64,000 nucleotides of DNA from assembly GCF_000143415.4 (NCBI RefSeq), contig NW_003314402.1, forward strand, positions 73,804-137,803. Reading direction: 5' to 3'. A program made the position numbers and the translations under genes. This document shows positions 1-11,337 of this stretch, piece by piece. The notes under the pieces were generated by a model. The model searched no databases. It was not told the origin of the DNA and saw only the letters and a list, made by a program, of their open reading frames with translations. Numbering within the stretch: the first letter of the stretch is position 1; every line of letters begins with the position of its first letter. The DNA comes from Selaginella moellendorffii (Eukaryota; Plantae; Lycopodiophyta).

Positions 1-600
1 ATTGATTCACGGTGAGCACTGCAACGATTGCTACCTCGCCAATCTCATCGTCCAAAAGTATGGGGAGCTGTGGGGTGCTCGACGGATGTTCGCTGGAACA
101 TCTTTCTGGGAAAAATCGGTTGAGCGGAGATCCAAGAGGGATGTGGTCGCATGGAACTTGATCCTTGCAGCATATGCCTAAAACGCTCAGTCAAAAGAGA
201 TGTTTCTTTAGTTGATCGAGGAATGTTTTGATCATGGTGGGTTTGTGGTTGCCAGGAAGCAGCACTTGCCGGGACCAGGCATTGGAAGATGCAACAGTTT
301 TCGTTGACGGGATGCCTCAAGAAGATGTGCGCGCAAGAAAAACAATGATCATTCTTTGTTTTACGAACAGAAAACCTTGAGCACGCAAAGTACTTGTGTC
401 TTGGGCCTGTTTGAGAGTATGAGGCATCGTCTTGTCTCTTGTACGGCGTTGATGCAGGCGGTTTGAAATAGATGGCTCCTCTGCCGATCTTTGATGGGAT
501 CATGGCGATCTTGTCACCGACGTCTTGAAAGATCTTAGATTCGATCCACGATCGCCCCGTCGCCTCCTGGAACGCGATCATGGCGATGGGTGCTGCATAT
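1..600 (+). pseudogene. PPR-protein gene fragments
   Basis: Near-duplicate of 10546-11140; translates to YLANLIVQKYG..., RDVVAWNLILAAYA-type PPR motifs with stops and frameshifts. Confidence 0.65.
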
Positions 601-776
601 CATTCTATTCCCACCCGGACGTGATCTGCAATTGATTGGGACTTAGTTTCCCGCGCTATCGTCTTTACTTCTCCATTCTAGGGTTCTTTCTTGGAGGGGA
701 TGTAGGTTTTTAATTGCCCGCGTGATCGATGCGGCTTGCCGGCGGAGAAGGCTCAGAAATCCCCAGCGCCGTCTCC

Positions 777-2958
777 TTGACAACGAAAGCTTTCGGGCCG
801 TGCGGGATGTCCTTGGCAGCGATGTCTGCGACATGGATCTCGTCCACGCGCTACACTTGGCGAGGAACGATTTGCAAGTGGCCGCCCACATTGTGCTCGA
901 CACTCCGGGTTTTAGAAATAGGAAGAGGTTCCAGCGTAAGGCTCCGACGAGCAGTGCCAAGGCGAGGAACCCCAGCGTTGGTAGGGAGTTCTAGATCTAC
1001 GGTGACAACAAAGGCCCCTACGGCAAAATGTTCCATCGGCAGTGGATCGCCAAAAACTCCTGCAAAAGCTGAGGCTTCTAGGACAGCAAAAATTGCCGAG
1101 ATGAGCAATGATAGTGGAGCAGAGGATTTATATGATTCGGGAGTAGAAAGTGGAGCAATCGATGGTGGAGAAGAAGAGGTAAACAAGATCATGACTGGAG
1201 GAGGAAACGATGCCGAGGTGGAAAGAACAACAGTGGTGGAGAGCTCCATTGAGACTGTCAGGAAACATGGCGAGGCTGTTTCTAGCGCCTTAGCTGGACT
1301 TTCAATCAGTGGTAGTGCCTTGACCCACGGTAATCCCGTTAAGATGGAAGCTGGTTGTGGTTCCGTGAAAGCTGAAGCTTCGGTTTCAATCGCAGCTGGA
1401 TGTGATCCTATGAAGATGGAAGATGGAAGCTGGTTTTGAGTCTGCAAGAGCCGAAGCTCCGGTTGGCTCAGTGAAGATGGAACCTGGTTATGATACTGTG
1501 AAAGTTGAAACTCCATTCGGGGGTGGTACAGCTGCCCATTTGTCTGAAGCGAAGGTGGTTCCAATAGAAAATGACACGGCTAAAGCTGCAGAGAAGCAAC
1601 CGGTTGTTTTAGATGCAGAGAGGTGGTGGCTTCTCCAAGAGACTGAAGTTGCCGGGTACTCGACGTCCAGGGGATGCCGGATTCGTGTTGGCGAGTTCGT
1701 GTCCTTCAATTTTCCCAAGCCTGAAGCCGAAAGTAAGAAGAAGTTCTTTGAGCACAAGAAGGTACGGCCGAAAGCGAGCTCCGACATTGTAAGGTTCTTG
1801 ACAAAAGCTGCAGGAGAGGTACGTTTCACTTGACTTGTTTCTTCGTTTTAATTCTAACCATTTGCTCACAGAGAGGACGGCTTCCAGCCGACTGGTGATA
1901 CCTTTGGGAAGTGCAAAATGGCACCAGAGGCTCTTTCTCTTATGAGCAGCATAGTTCTCCATTTGAGGTAGAGTTTTCTGTGTTTACCAGAGACGTTACG
2001 TATATGATGTGCTTGCAGAGTTTAAAGCCTTACGAGGAGGGGGATGAGCGCGGATTGAAGCTTCTGCAAGCTATCTTGAAGCCGTTAATGCTTCGAAGAA
2101 CAAAAGATTCAACTGATAAAGAAGGAAGGTAAGCATTTTTTTCTTTGCACCGTGCCTTGTCTTGTATTCACTCACAAGTTGGATTCACAGACCAATTCTT
2201 GTTCTCCAACCGACTCAATGTGAAGTTATTGAATGCAAACTATCTGAGCCTGAACGTAATTTTTATGATGCCCTTTACCACAGATCTAAGGCATGAAGAA
2301 CTTCTCTTTCTTTTATTTTCTCTTTTTTCTGAACACGATTTTGCGTTTGTGATCAGGTAAAATTCGATCAGTTCGTTGAACAAGGTAAAGTTCTCCATAA
2401 CTATGCCTCGATCCTCGAACTGCTACTTCGATTACGGCAAGCTTGTGATCATCCTTTTCTTGTTCTGAGGTAGAAAATGCATCCTCTTATGTCTGAAGTT
2501 CCTGACGTTTTCTTCGTCACGCAGCCGTGGCGATACTGAAGACTTTGCAGACCTGGGAAAGCTGGCTACGTTTCTTGGACAAGAATTCCTCCCAGGTGCC
2601 TTCGACGGCGTATGTCAAAGAGGTGGTGGATGATATTCGTGAAGGAGAAAGTGCTGAGTGCCCAATTTTTTTGGAGATGCCAGAGGACGCAGTTCTTACA
2701 TTGAAAGTGCCGTGAGTGCCGAGAATGTGGACGAGCGAGCATCGGTCAGACGAAGAACGTATCGATCAAGCGATTCATCATCAAAGTAAGCGCCACTTGA
2801 AACTCTCTTTGACGTTTCTCATGTCTCTAGAGCAGGACTCGGTGGAGGAGAGAATGCAACAGGTCCAAGCGAGGAAGCAACGATTGATCGCGGGGGCTCT
2901 CACAGACGAAGAGGTGCGAAGCGCTCGAATCGAGGAGCTCAAAATGCTATTTAGATGA
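777..2958 (+). pseudogene. RAD5: RAD5-like (HIRAN-SNF2-RING) pseudogene, internally deleted
   Basis: VLGSDVCDMDLVHALHLARND..LDTPGF (plant RAD5A-like N-terminus), HIRAN WWLLQETEVAGYSTSRG..DIVRF, KPYEEGDERGLKLLQAILKPLMLRRTK, C-terminus EEVRSARIEELKMLFR. Frameshift at about 1420; helicase motifs I-III missing. Confidence 0.88.
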
Positions 2959-3135
2959 GAACTGGAGTCCTTCGCATTTTTTTTAACTTATATCAGTGTA
3001 CATAGTTAAAGAGGGGAATATGCTTCTAGCATCGGCGCGTATATTCTTCGGATAGTTCAATGAATGAATGTGTCATGGGCTATGGGTATAGGAGCTTTGG
3101 CTAGGGTACAAGCACTTCTAGGTTTCTTCGCGGCT

Positions 3136-5060
3136 ATGGCGGACAGCGAAGGAGCAGGCGATCGCGTCGCAAGCGGCGACGAGCAAGGTATGCATGCTAG
3201 GATCACCTCGAGAAGCAGCAGCAGCGCCAGCGCCGGCACCGCGCCGCGATTTCGCTGGCCTAGAGCCGGAGTAGCTGATCTAGATTCATGCAAGCATATG
3301 ATCTCACGGTCCCTGCCACAGCTTTGCTCCTTCTGGAGGACCTGGAGGAGGAGGAGAAGGTCCTCCTCCACGACCACTCTACCCAGCTTGTCCGCCTTGA
3401 CTGCCACTACTCAGGCCGAGGATGAACTGGGCGTGGATGTGTCGTCTCCCAGCGGCGATTTGCTACTCCATTTTCTCAAGAGCGGTGGGGGCGACGAGCA
3501 GCTGAGGAGCAGTAGCAGCTACAAGACCCAGCAGTCGCAGCTCACGGTCCCTGCCACAGCTTTGTTCCTTCTGGAGGACCTGGAGGAGGACCACTCTACG
3601 TCCCAGCAATAAGATTTGGTGGGTGGTCACCTCACTTCCAGCAGCACCAAGACCCACTTTTCCCTTCGGATCCATTCTTGGTCCTCTTCCAGTCGAGAGA
3701 CCGTTCCGTATCCTTTTCCAAACGCTCCGACTTTCCAGCCTGCTGCTAATGTGGTTCATCCGCCGCATTCCTCTGGGGAGCTTAAAGCTCGTCCTGGCCT
3801 TCACTTCGAGTCTCCGGTGTTTGGACCCAGCGCAGCAGAGACCTCGGACTCCAAACGCGCCCCAGAGCAGCCGAGGAGATCGGTTACACCTGCGAAGGAT
3901 GACAAGCAACAATTCCACGGCAATGGTTCCGAGCTCCTTCAGTTGTTACAGGGTGGTCCTGGTCGTGTGAAGCCCACAGCCTCCACAAAGGTGGATGCTA
4001 CACAGGACAGTGGAGATTCTGGAGAGCCATCAAAGAAAGGAAGTCCATCTGCTGTTCACGGCCCCATAGGACCGCCGAGGCGTCATGTCGTTTCTCCTCC
4101 GCAGAGTCCAAATGACCTCCTTGGACGTTTGTGGGCTGCTCTTCCGTCGTCAGGCCACACTTTGTTTGACGGAGAAAGCAAACGCAAGACGTCAGCCCGG
4201 AGCTTTGGCGTTGAAGTGAACGAGGTGTCCCGGGAAGTCGATGGCGGTGGAGCTGCTGGTTTCGCACTTTTGAAGCGAAGGGGATCGGAGCCTGCCGCCT
4301 CGCACTGCCTTTAAACGGCTACGCCTATAACGACTCTAAGACAAATGATAAGCCAAGGACAAACTCAGCATCCGGAAGACTACAGGACTATCGTGGGAGA
4401 TACGTAAATGGAGAGGCCGAAGTTGAGCCCGGAGGCGATGACTTTAGAGGTGCGGGAAGGCGTCGAGGTACCGGTCGTGCGGTGGTCGGGGTGCTGTTGG
4501 CCAGTGGATTGCGGTAAATGAGAGGCGATATCTTCAAACGGGACTTAGTCGAATGCTAGGAGAAAACATCAACAGGAATGGATGATAAAACAGGCTGACT
4601 CAAAGGCAGCATTTCCAGTGGAGAAAAAACCGGACTACAAGGTTCCAAAGGCACGGTCTTTGGCATCTCAACTTGAACGTCCAGGCTTGCCATCGGGAAG
4701 TACGCAAAACTCTTCCGTTGGTGCGGCTTTTGAGGAGTCCAAACAGAGGCTCCATAATCTAGATGCTTTGGAAGAAGAAGGCGTGACGACCTCTCTAGAA
4801 CTCGAGGAGCTACAAATTGACGGTCACCGTCGTGAGGGTAAAGCTCCACAGTTTTACAAGGTTTGTGCTTGCTTTTTTTCTTTCTTTATTTTCATGAGTT
4901 TGTATCTCTGGTTACAGCCGAAGGAGAACCGTTTCAGGGAGTCCAGACGCGTCATTCCCCTACGACGAGCTTATACCAACCGAAGAAGGGGAGGTCCGGA
5001 GAAGGAAGTTCTTCTCGAAGCTTGAGTCCCTTTTCGAGAAGAGCTCCCGGGAACACGGCT
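3136..5060 (+). pseudogene. URT1-like terminal uridylyltransferase 5' fragment
   Basis: Paralogous to 42699-45022; low-complexity N-terminus with GDLLLHFLK and ELLQLLQ; truncated before the catalytic motif. Confidence 0.7.
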
Positions 5061-5150
5061 CTTGTTTCTTCTTGTGATGTTTCAAGCTCACATTTAACTT
5101 CTGGCAGCAGCTATCTTCCAGACACGATCGACATTACAAATAACAATTGA
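5061..5150 (+). pseudogene. Rab7/RabG3 last intron and last exon remnant
   Basis: YLPDTIDITNNN*; matches 13853-13940. Confidence 0.7.
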
Positions 5151-5876
5151 TCTACTACTACTGTCCCTCTATCCATAAGTGTTTTCGTTTTCATTTTATA
5201 TGTTTTTTTTTAATTTCTTTTTATTTTTACTCTCTCCTTTCGATCGTTGGCCTTGGATTTTTTCCCTTCTCAAATTTTTTTTTTATTTTTGCTACGAAAT
5301 AAATTTTCTTCTTCGATCTTGTATCTTACTACTAGTAGTGCGCAAATTCTTGTGTTTGTGTATTATTAAATTTTCTTCGTTTCTAATGGATTGCTAGTTG
5401 ACGAGAATTGTGTCACAACATGCCTAGTTTTTCTCGATTCCGCAAGTCTGGGTTGAAAATAAGCAAAGGCTGTGATTGACACTAATCACAAGAGTTTCCA
5501 ATCCTTGGCAGCGATGCAACTTCGAAGCTGTGCAACCCTTTGATTGTCTTATCCAGCTGCCAACTTCATTGTCCAAAAGTATGGGGAATGTGTGGATGGC
5601 TTCCACAAACCAAACCAATCAGGATCGAGAGAGATCATATTCTTAATATTCCTATGTTTTCTATATTTTACCATTTAGGTTTTAAAATACTTAAAACCAC
5701 GAGAGTAAAGTAATATCCCGAGAATACAATTTGTAAGAAAAAAAGAAACTGTTTCTTCTTGACGCTGTGAAATCTCTGTTTTCGTTTTATGATGTCCTAC
5801 TTGTGATGCAAAATAGTGTAGCATTTGCGCAGATCTTCAAGAACCCAATCGATGTCCACTGAAGGAGCAAGGTTTA

Positions 5877-8800
5877 CTAGAGCCCGTATATCTTGAGATC
5901 CGGCCGCTCCTCAAGCCATGGTGGAACTTTCGTACCTTTTGGGCAGTATACGACTTTGAGCCTGGGAAATAAGCCAAGGCCGTGATTGTCTGAACTCAAT
6001 TGGGGCCACACTACATCATCATGATCAGAGAGCACAAGTTCCTCCAATCCTGGAAGGGATGCAATGGATGATGGAATATTTTCGATCCTAACCAAGGTTA
6101 CACCTCTTAGAGCAGTCATCTGGTCTGTTGGCTCAAAGAAATCATTGGGGAGCTGCCTCATACAGCCCTTCAGCAAAGATAATGTGAACCATTTCACCTT
6201 CAGCTGTGATCTCTCGGTTGGCATCAAGAGTCTCCTCATGTAACTTTTTATAACAACATCCAGTGTATCAAGGTCTTTGGGGAGTTGTGTCACAAAGAGA
6301 GGCAAATGCTCCCATGTATTATCAAGAGCCACAACGAATGTTAAACTCTTCAGATTTGGAAGACTTGCTGCCAAATCATCCTTGAACTCCGACTGTGCAA
6401 TGTGCAGATTTCGAAGCTCCAGACGTTCGAGGCATGGGAACGATCCTTCCAGACTGAAGAACTGGATACCACTGCAGTCTAGGTGAAGTTCTCGTAGCCA
6501 TTGAAAGCCCTTTAACGAAGACAGGTCTTTCATTGTCTCATTGTTTGTGATGGTTAAAAATTGTAGCTGTGGCCATTCATGGCTTTCGGCATTGTTTTCA
6601 CCGTCTTGTACCCCATCAATGGTAAAGTGCTGAAGTTGTTTGGAATTCTTAAACATTCGCTTCCAGTCAAGTTTGATAGTCGATTTCACGCAAATGTGAC
6701 ATCGTCTTAGGTTGACAAGTTGCCACAGGCCGGTGAAATCGCCAAAGTCCATGCTCTTTGCACGCAACACCAGTGTCTCAATGTCCACTAGTGCACCAAG
6801 GCTGTGAGGTATTTTTATTGTTGCATTGAGATGTAGCTCTAAATGTCTTAGCTTGTGTAGCCTTGAAATTGCACTCAGATCCACAGCTAACTCCTTACAG
6901 GATTCAAGCTCCAGTGTTTTTATTGTTGCATTGTAGAGTTTTAGCTCTAAATGTCTTAGCTTGTGTAGGCTTGAAATTCCACTCAAATCCAGAGCCAGAG
7001 CTAACTTCTTATAGGATTCAAGCTCCAGACGTTCAAGGCATGGGAACGATCCTTCCAGACTGAAGAACTGGATACCACTGCAGTCTAGGTGAAGTTCTCG
7101 TAGCCATTGAAAACCCTTTAACGAAGACAGGTCTTTCATTGTCTCATTGCTCCTGATGGTTAAAAATTGTAGCTGTGGCCATTCAAGGCTTTCGGCATTG
7201 TTTTCACCGTCTTGTACCCCGTCAATCGAAAAGTCCTGAAGCTGTTTGGAATTCTTAAACATTCGCTTCCAGTCAAGTTTGATAGTCGATTGCACACTAA
7301 TGTTACATCGTCTTAGATTGACAAGTTGCCACGGGCCGGTGAAATCGGCTAAGTCCATACTCTTTGCACGCAACACCAGTGTCTCAATGTCCACTAGTGC
7401 ACCAAGGCTGTGAGGTATTTTTATAGGTGTTGCACCATAGAGGTCTAGCTTTAAATGTCTTAGCTTGTGTAGGCTTGAAATTCCACTCAAATCCACAGCT
7501 AACTCCTCAGAGGAATGAAGCTCCAGCTCTTCCAAGTTGAATAATTGGGGCAGTAATCCAAAGTTGAGTTTTCTGATATGATTGCAATTCAAAACCTTCA
7601 GTGATGTCAAGCTGAAGAGCGCATCTGGCAATTGAGGCACACCTGAATATCGAAGGTCAAGCACTTGAAGGTTTCTCAGCTTGGATATGCTCTCTAGAAT
7701 AAAACGGACCTGATCATAACATCTATTCAAGCTCAATACCTTGACATTTTCGAAGTGATCTATAATAAGACTGTCATCCACACCAGAAATTACTTTACAT
7801 CCATCGAGAAGCAAGACATCTCGCACATGAATGTCAGACAAAAAGCTGCTTGTAACCTTCTTTCCAATGAATGAAACTTTAGAACATGTTGGAGAAATCC
7901 CAGGTGGACAATCATAGCCAAACAGGCATCCCTTCTCGTGCTCTTCCTGGGGTGGGTACTTCCCTTTCAAGATTCTTATGCACAGCTTGCGTACCATATC
8001 GTGCACAGTTACATGCTTATACCATTGAATCTGATCCGCGACTCTGAATCGAGAATCAGTTGTCTTCACTAGGCATCTTCGTTCCAGTTCACTAACAATC
8101 TGCAGAGGCGAGAGTTCTGACCCAACCGCTATCCAACATTTTCTCAGATCATCAAACTCGATTCGCCGATCTTCTGGAAACGCAGCCATATAGAGAAAGC
8201 ACTCTTGCAGCTTTTCATCCTTATTAGACAGCTCGTCATAGCTAAACTTCAAGCGCTGGAACATCTGCTTCTCAACGTCTGGGTCATTCAACAAATGCAT
8301 CTTCTGATAGCGTTCTTCCCACACCTGCGGCCCGTCATGCCTGTACTCAGCCATGGCACTGCCAATCACTTCAAGAGCTAAAGGGAGCCCCTCACATTTG
8401 CTAGCTATTCTCTCGGCAACTTTCACAATGTCCGGATCACTAGGTAGTGAATCATAAAAGGCAAACTTCCAAAACATCATTTTGCTCTCGTCCTCTGATA
8501 GCTCATGCACAGGAAGTGCCTTTGCACCCAGCATGCTCAAAATGCCTTTCTTTCTGGTTGTTACCAGCACCCGGCTGTAAGAGGACGGCCCTGCTATAAA
8601 ATCCAGTCCCTTGGCCTGGCTCATTTCCCACACATCATCCAGTATCAGCAAGACACAAATTCCACGAGCAACATTTTGTGCCAAGTGCTGCACATGCTCA
8701 AGGGTGCCTGCATTTTGGGCCCTCTCTTTCATGCCGCCCCATTCAAGAGCGTCGAGGAGCAGGGCCCTGAGATCATCCTCCGATGCATCTCTCTTGACAG

Positions 8801-9852
8801 TGATCCATACAATGTTGTCATGGAAATGCTGCCGGACCCTCTGGTCATTGTGCACGAAGCTTGCAAGGGTGGTCTTGCCACACCCTCCCATTCCCAGGAG
8901 TCCAAACCATTTCCCCGGGGCTTGTGGATCCAGGAGGGCATTCACCACCTCATCCAGCTGCTCCCCATGGCGGCCAAACATGTCGTTGGCCTCGGGAACA
9001 CCACGCCGTACATAGTTTACGAGACCTCTGTCTTGTGGACAACTCCGTACGGAAAAGCTGGTGCTCGGCCGTATCACTCTCAACTCTTCTCGCTCGTACC
9101 TTTCAATGTGCGGGAGGAGATCGTTCTCGCAAGTGCGTACCAGCTCCGAAATCGCGCCAGATCGCTTCTCCCTGCGCGAAAGATCCATCTTTTAGCTCCA
9201 TTGCTTCAAACATGAATTCGAATAAGCCTTACTGTGATCCAAGCAGCGCTTGCGCCTTCTTAGTCCATTCAGTCAGTCCAGTCAGCCACGCCTCAGCCTC
9301 ACCAGAGTAGCGGAAATCTGGATTCCTGTGCTTGGGAGCATTAAACTTGTCAAGCGTGGCCTGGATTCTGGATGCCCTCTTCTTTAGCTCCTCAATGTGG
9401 ACATTCAGCTCATGCTCGTGACCTTGGATCTGCGACAGGAGATCGTCGTAGGCACTTAAGGACTTCGCGATGTCGTTACTCCGCTTGTACCTATAGGAAG
9501 TGGAGAAGTTCAACCAGCTGCCTGCCATTTCTACACACACACACACACAAAAGATAAAATGCTACTGTACCCACCGCTTTATGGGGCTCCAGATCCTGTT
9601 GTGGCGTGATCCCAAGAGTGCTTGTGCCGTGGTGTTCCATTTCCTGACACGCTCCAAGCATTCCTCGGCCGCTTGAGAGAACGTGAAGCCAGGATTCTGC
9701 TGCTTGTGATCACTGAAAGCGTTGATCTTGTGCCGGATGTGGGGCGCCTTGTTCTCCAGCGTTTCAATGTTGGCATTGCAGTCCCATATCTTCTTAGCAG
9801 GGCGCAGAGCCAAGCCACACAAGGCGCTTGCCAAGGAGCCCACAACCTCCAT
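5877..9852 (-). CDS. NLR copy 1: tandem CC-CC-NB-ARC-LRR, about 1276 aa; exons 9852-9575, 9490-9233, 9171-5877
   Basis: ORF 5877-9188 has P-loop GMGGCGKTT, kinase-2 LLILDDVW, RNBS-B SRVLVTTR, CEGLPLAL, RNBS-D CFLYMAAFPED, VHD (MHD variant) and LRRs. GT-AG phase-2 introns 9574-9491 (84 nt) and 9232-9172 (61 nt) join the upstream ORFs in frame from ATG 9852 (MEVVGSL...). Confidence 0.9.
9533..9549. repeat. (AC/GT)n microsatellite in NLR intron 1; also 17788-17814 and 57211-57229
   Basis: Directly visible; length differs between copies. Confidence 0.9.
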
Positions 9853-9944
9853 GCCTGTAGACCTACAAGTCAAGGTCGTTTCCCTCTTGCAATGCCAGCT
9901 GTGGCTCTCTATCTCTCTCTCTCTCTCATACACAAAATAGCTGG

Positions 9945-10403
9945 GAGGCCTTGACAGATTTTCGATGGCCTGCACAAACCAAACCAGTTCTCGTGGAACA
10001 TCTTGCTGCGAACGTATGTTGCAAATCGTAGGATGCCCCCGATTCCATGGGAACAGGTTTATGGATGAGGAAAAGAAGCTGTTTGATTCGATCGCTTCTC
10101 GTGAAATATTATGATCAAGGGGCTCGACTTCGCAAAGAGGAAAGATGCTATCTCTTCTGGCAGCACCTGCTCGAATAAGGCATTTGGAAGAAGCAAAAAC
10201 TCTCCTTTTAATGCGATGCCTCGGAGGAAAAACGTGCTTGCAAGAAACACAATGATTGTCAACCATACGCTCTCAAAGAGCCTATTTGACCAGAGCCATA
10301 CAGGAATCTTGTGTCTTGGGCAGGCATGCTACAACGCATCTTTAAATGAAGGTGGAAGTTGCAACTTCGATGATGCCGAACTAAAACTCTCTCTCATAAC
10401 TCT

Positions 10404-10448
<45 letters not shown>

Positions 10449-11140
10449 AATAATAACGTTTTGAGCAGCTGTTCTTCCATCCAGGCATTTGCTGTATTCG
10501 TTCATCTTTGCATAAACCCCAGCGACCTTCACGACATAAGAGCTAGATTGATTCACGGTGAGCACTGCAACGATTGCTACCTCGCCAATCTCATCGTCCA
10601 AAAGTATGGGGAGCTGTGGGGTGCTCGACGGATGTTCGCTGGAACATCTTTCTGGGAAAAATCGGTTGAGCGGAGATCCAAGAGGGATGTGGTCGCATAG
10701 AACTTGATCCTCGCAGCGTATGCCTAAAACGCTCAGTCAAAAGAGATGTTTCTTTAGTTGATCGAGGAATGTTTTGATCATGGTGGGTTTGTGGTTGCCA
10801 GGAAGCAGCACTTGCCGGGACCAGGCATTGGAAGATGCAACAGTTTTAGTTGACGGGATGCCTCAAGAAGATGTGCGCGCAAGAAAAGCAATGATCATTC
10901 TTTGTTTTACGAACAGAAAACCTTGAGCACGCAAAGTACTTGTGTCTTGGGCCTGTTTGAGAGTATGAGGCATCGTCTTGTCTCTTGTAGGGCGTTGATG
11001 CAGGCGTTTTGGAATAGATGGCTCCTCTGCCGATCTTTGATGGGATCATGGCGATCTTGTCACCGATGTCTTGAAAGATCTTAGATTCTATCCACGATCG
11101 CCCAGTCACCTCCTGGAACGCGATCATGGCGATGGGTGCT
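9945..11140 (+). pseudogene. Mosaic of PPR-protein fragments upstream of NLR copy 1
   Basis: IFDGLHKPNQFSWNILLRTY at about 9957-10018; LANLIVQKYG and KRDVVA in ORF 10461-10700; interrupted by stops and a CT repeat. Confidence 0.65.
10406..10448. repeat. (CT)n microsatellite; similar tracts at about 9905-9927 and 18305-18331
   Basis: Directly visible. Confidence 0.9.
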
Positions 11141-11337
11141 GCATATCATTCTATTCCCACCCGGACGTGATCTGCAATTGATTGGAACTTCCCGCTACAT
11201 TTTCCCGCGCTATCGTCTCTACTTCTCCATTCTAGGGTTCTTTCTTGGGAGGCGACGTAGGTTTTCTATTGCCCGCGTGATCGAGGAGATGGCGCTGGGG
11301 GGCGGCCTTGATCGGCGTTCTGGAGCTGCACAAGGTA

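Noticed and set aside
5179-5397. Phe-rich ORFs (also 13966-14192) as membrane proteins
   Set aside because: Translations of the T-rich Rab7 3' non-coding region.
5408-5428. Helitron 3' end (ttgtgtcacaa hairpin followed by CTAG-T)
   Set aside because: The hairpin is short and not conserved in the paralogous copies (about 14231 and 45718); no matching 5' end or RepHel was found.
9172-9188. ORF-track start MDLSRR as the true NLR start (also 17443 and 56866)
   Set aside because: It lies inside a predicted 61 nt GT-AG intron; two conserved upstream exons splice in frame in all three intact copies.
8505-9310. Long + strand ORFs over the NB-ARC (8505-9215, 16766-17470, 56301-56893) and - strand ORFs over RAD5/URT1
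   Set aside because: Shadow ORFs of real coding sequence; they recur only because the DNA is duplicated.
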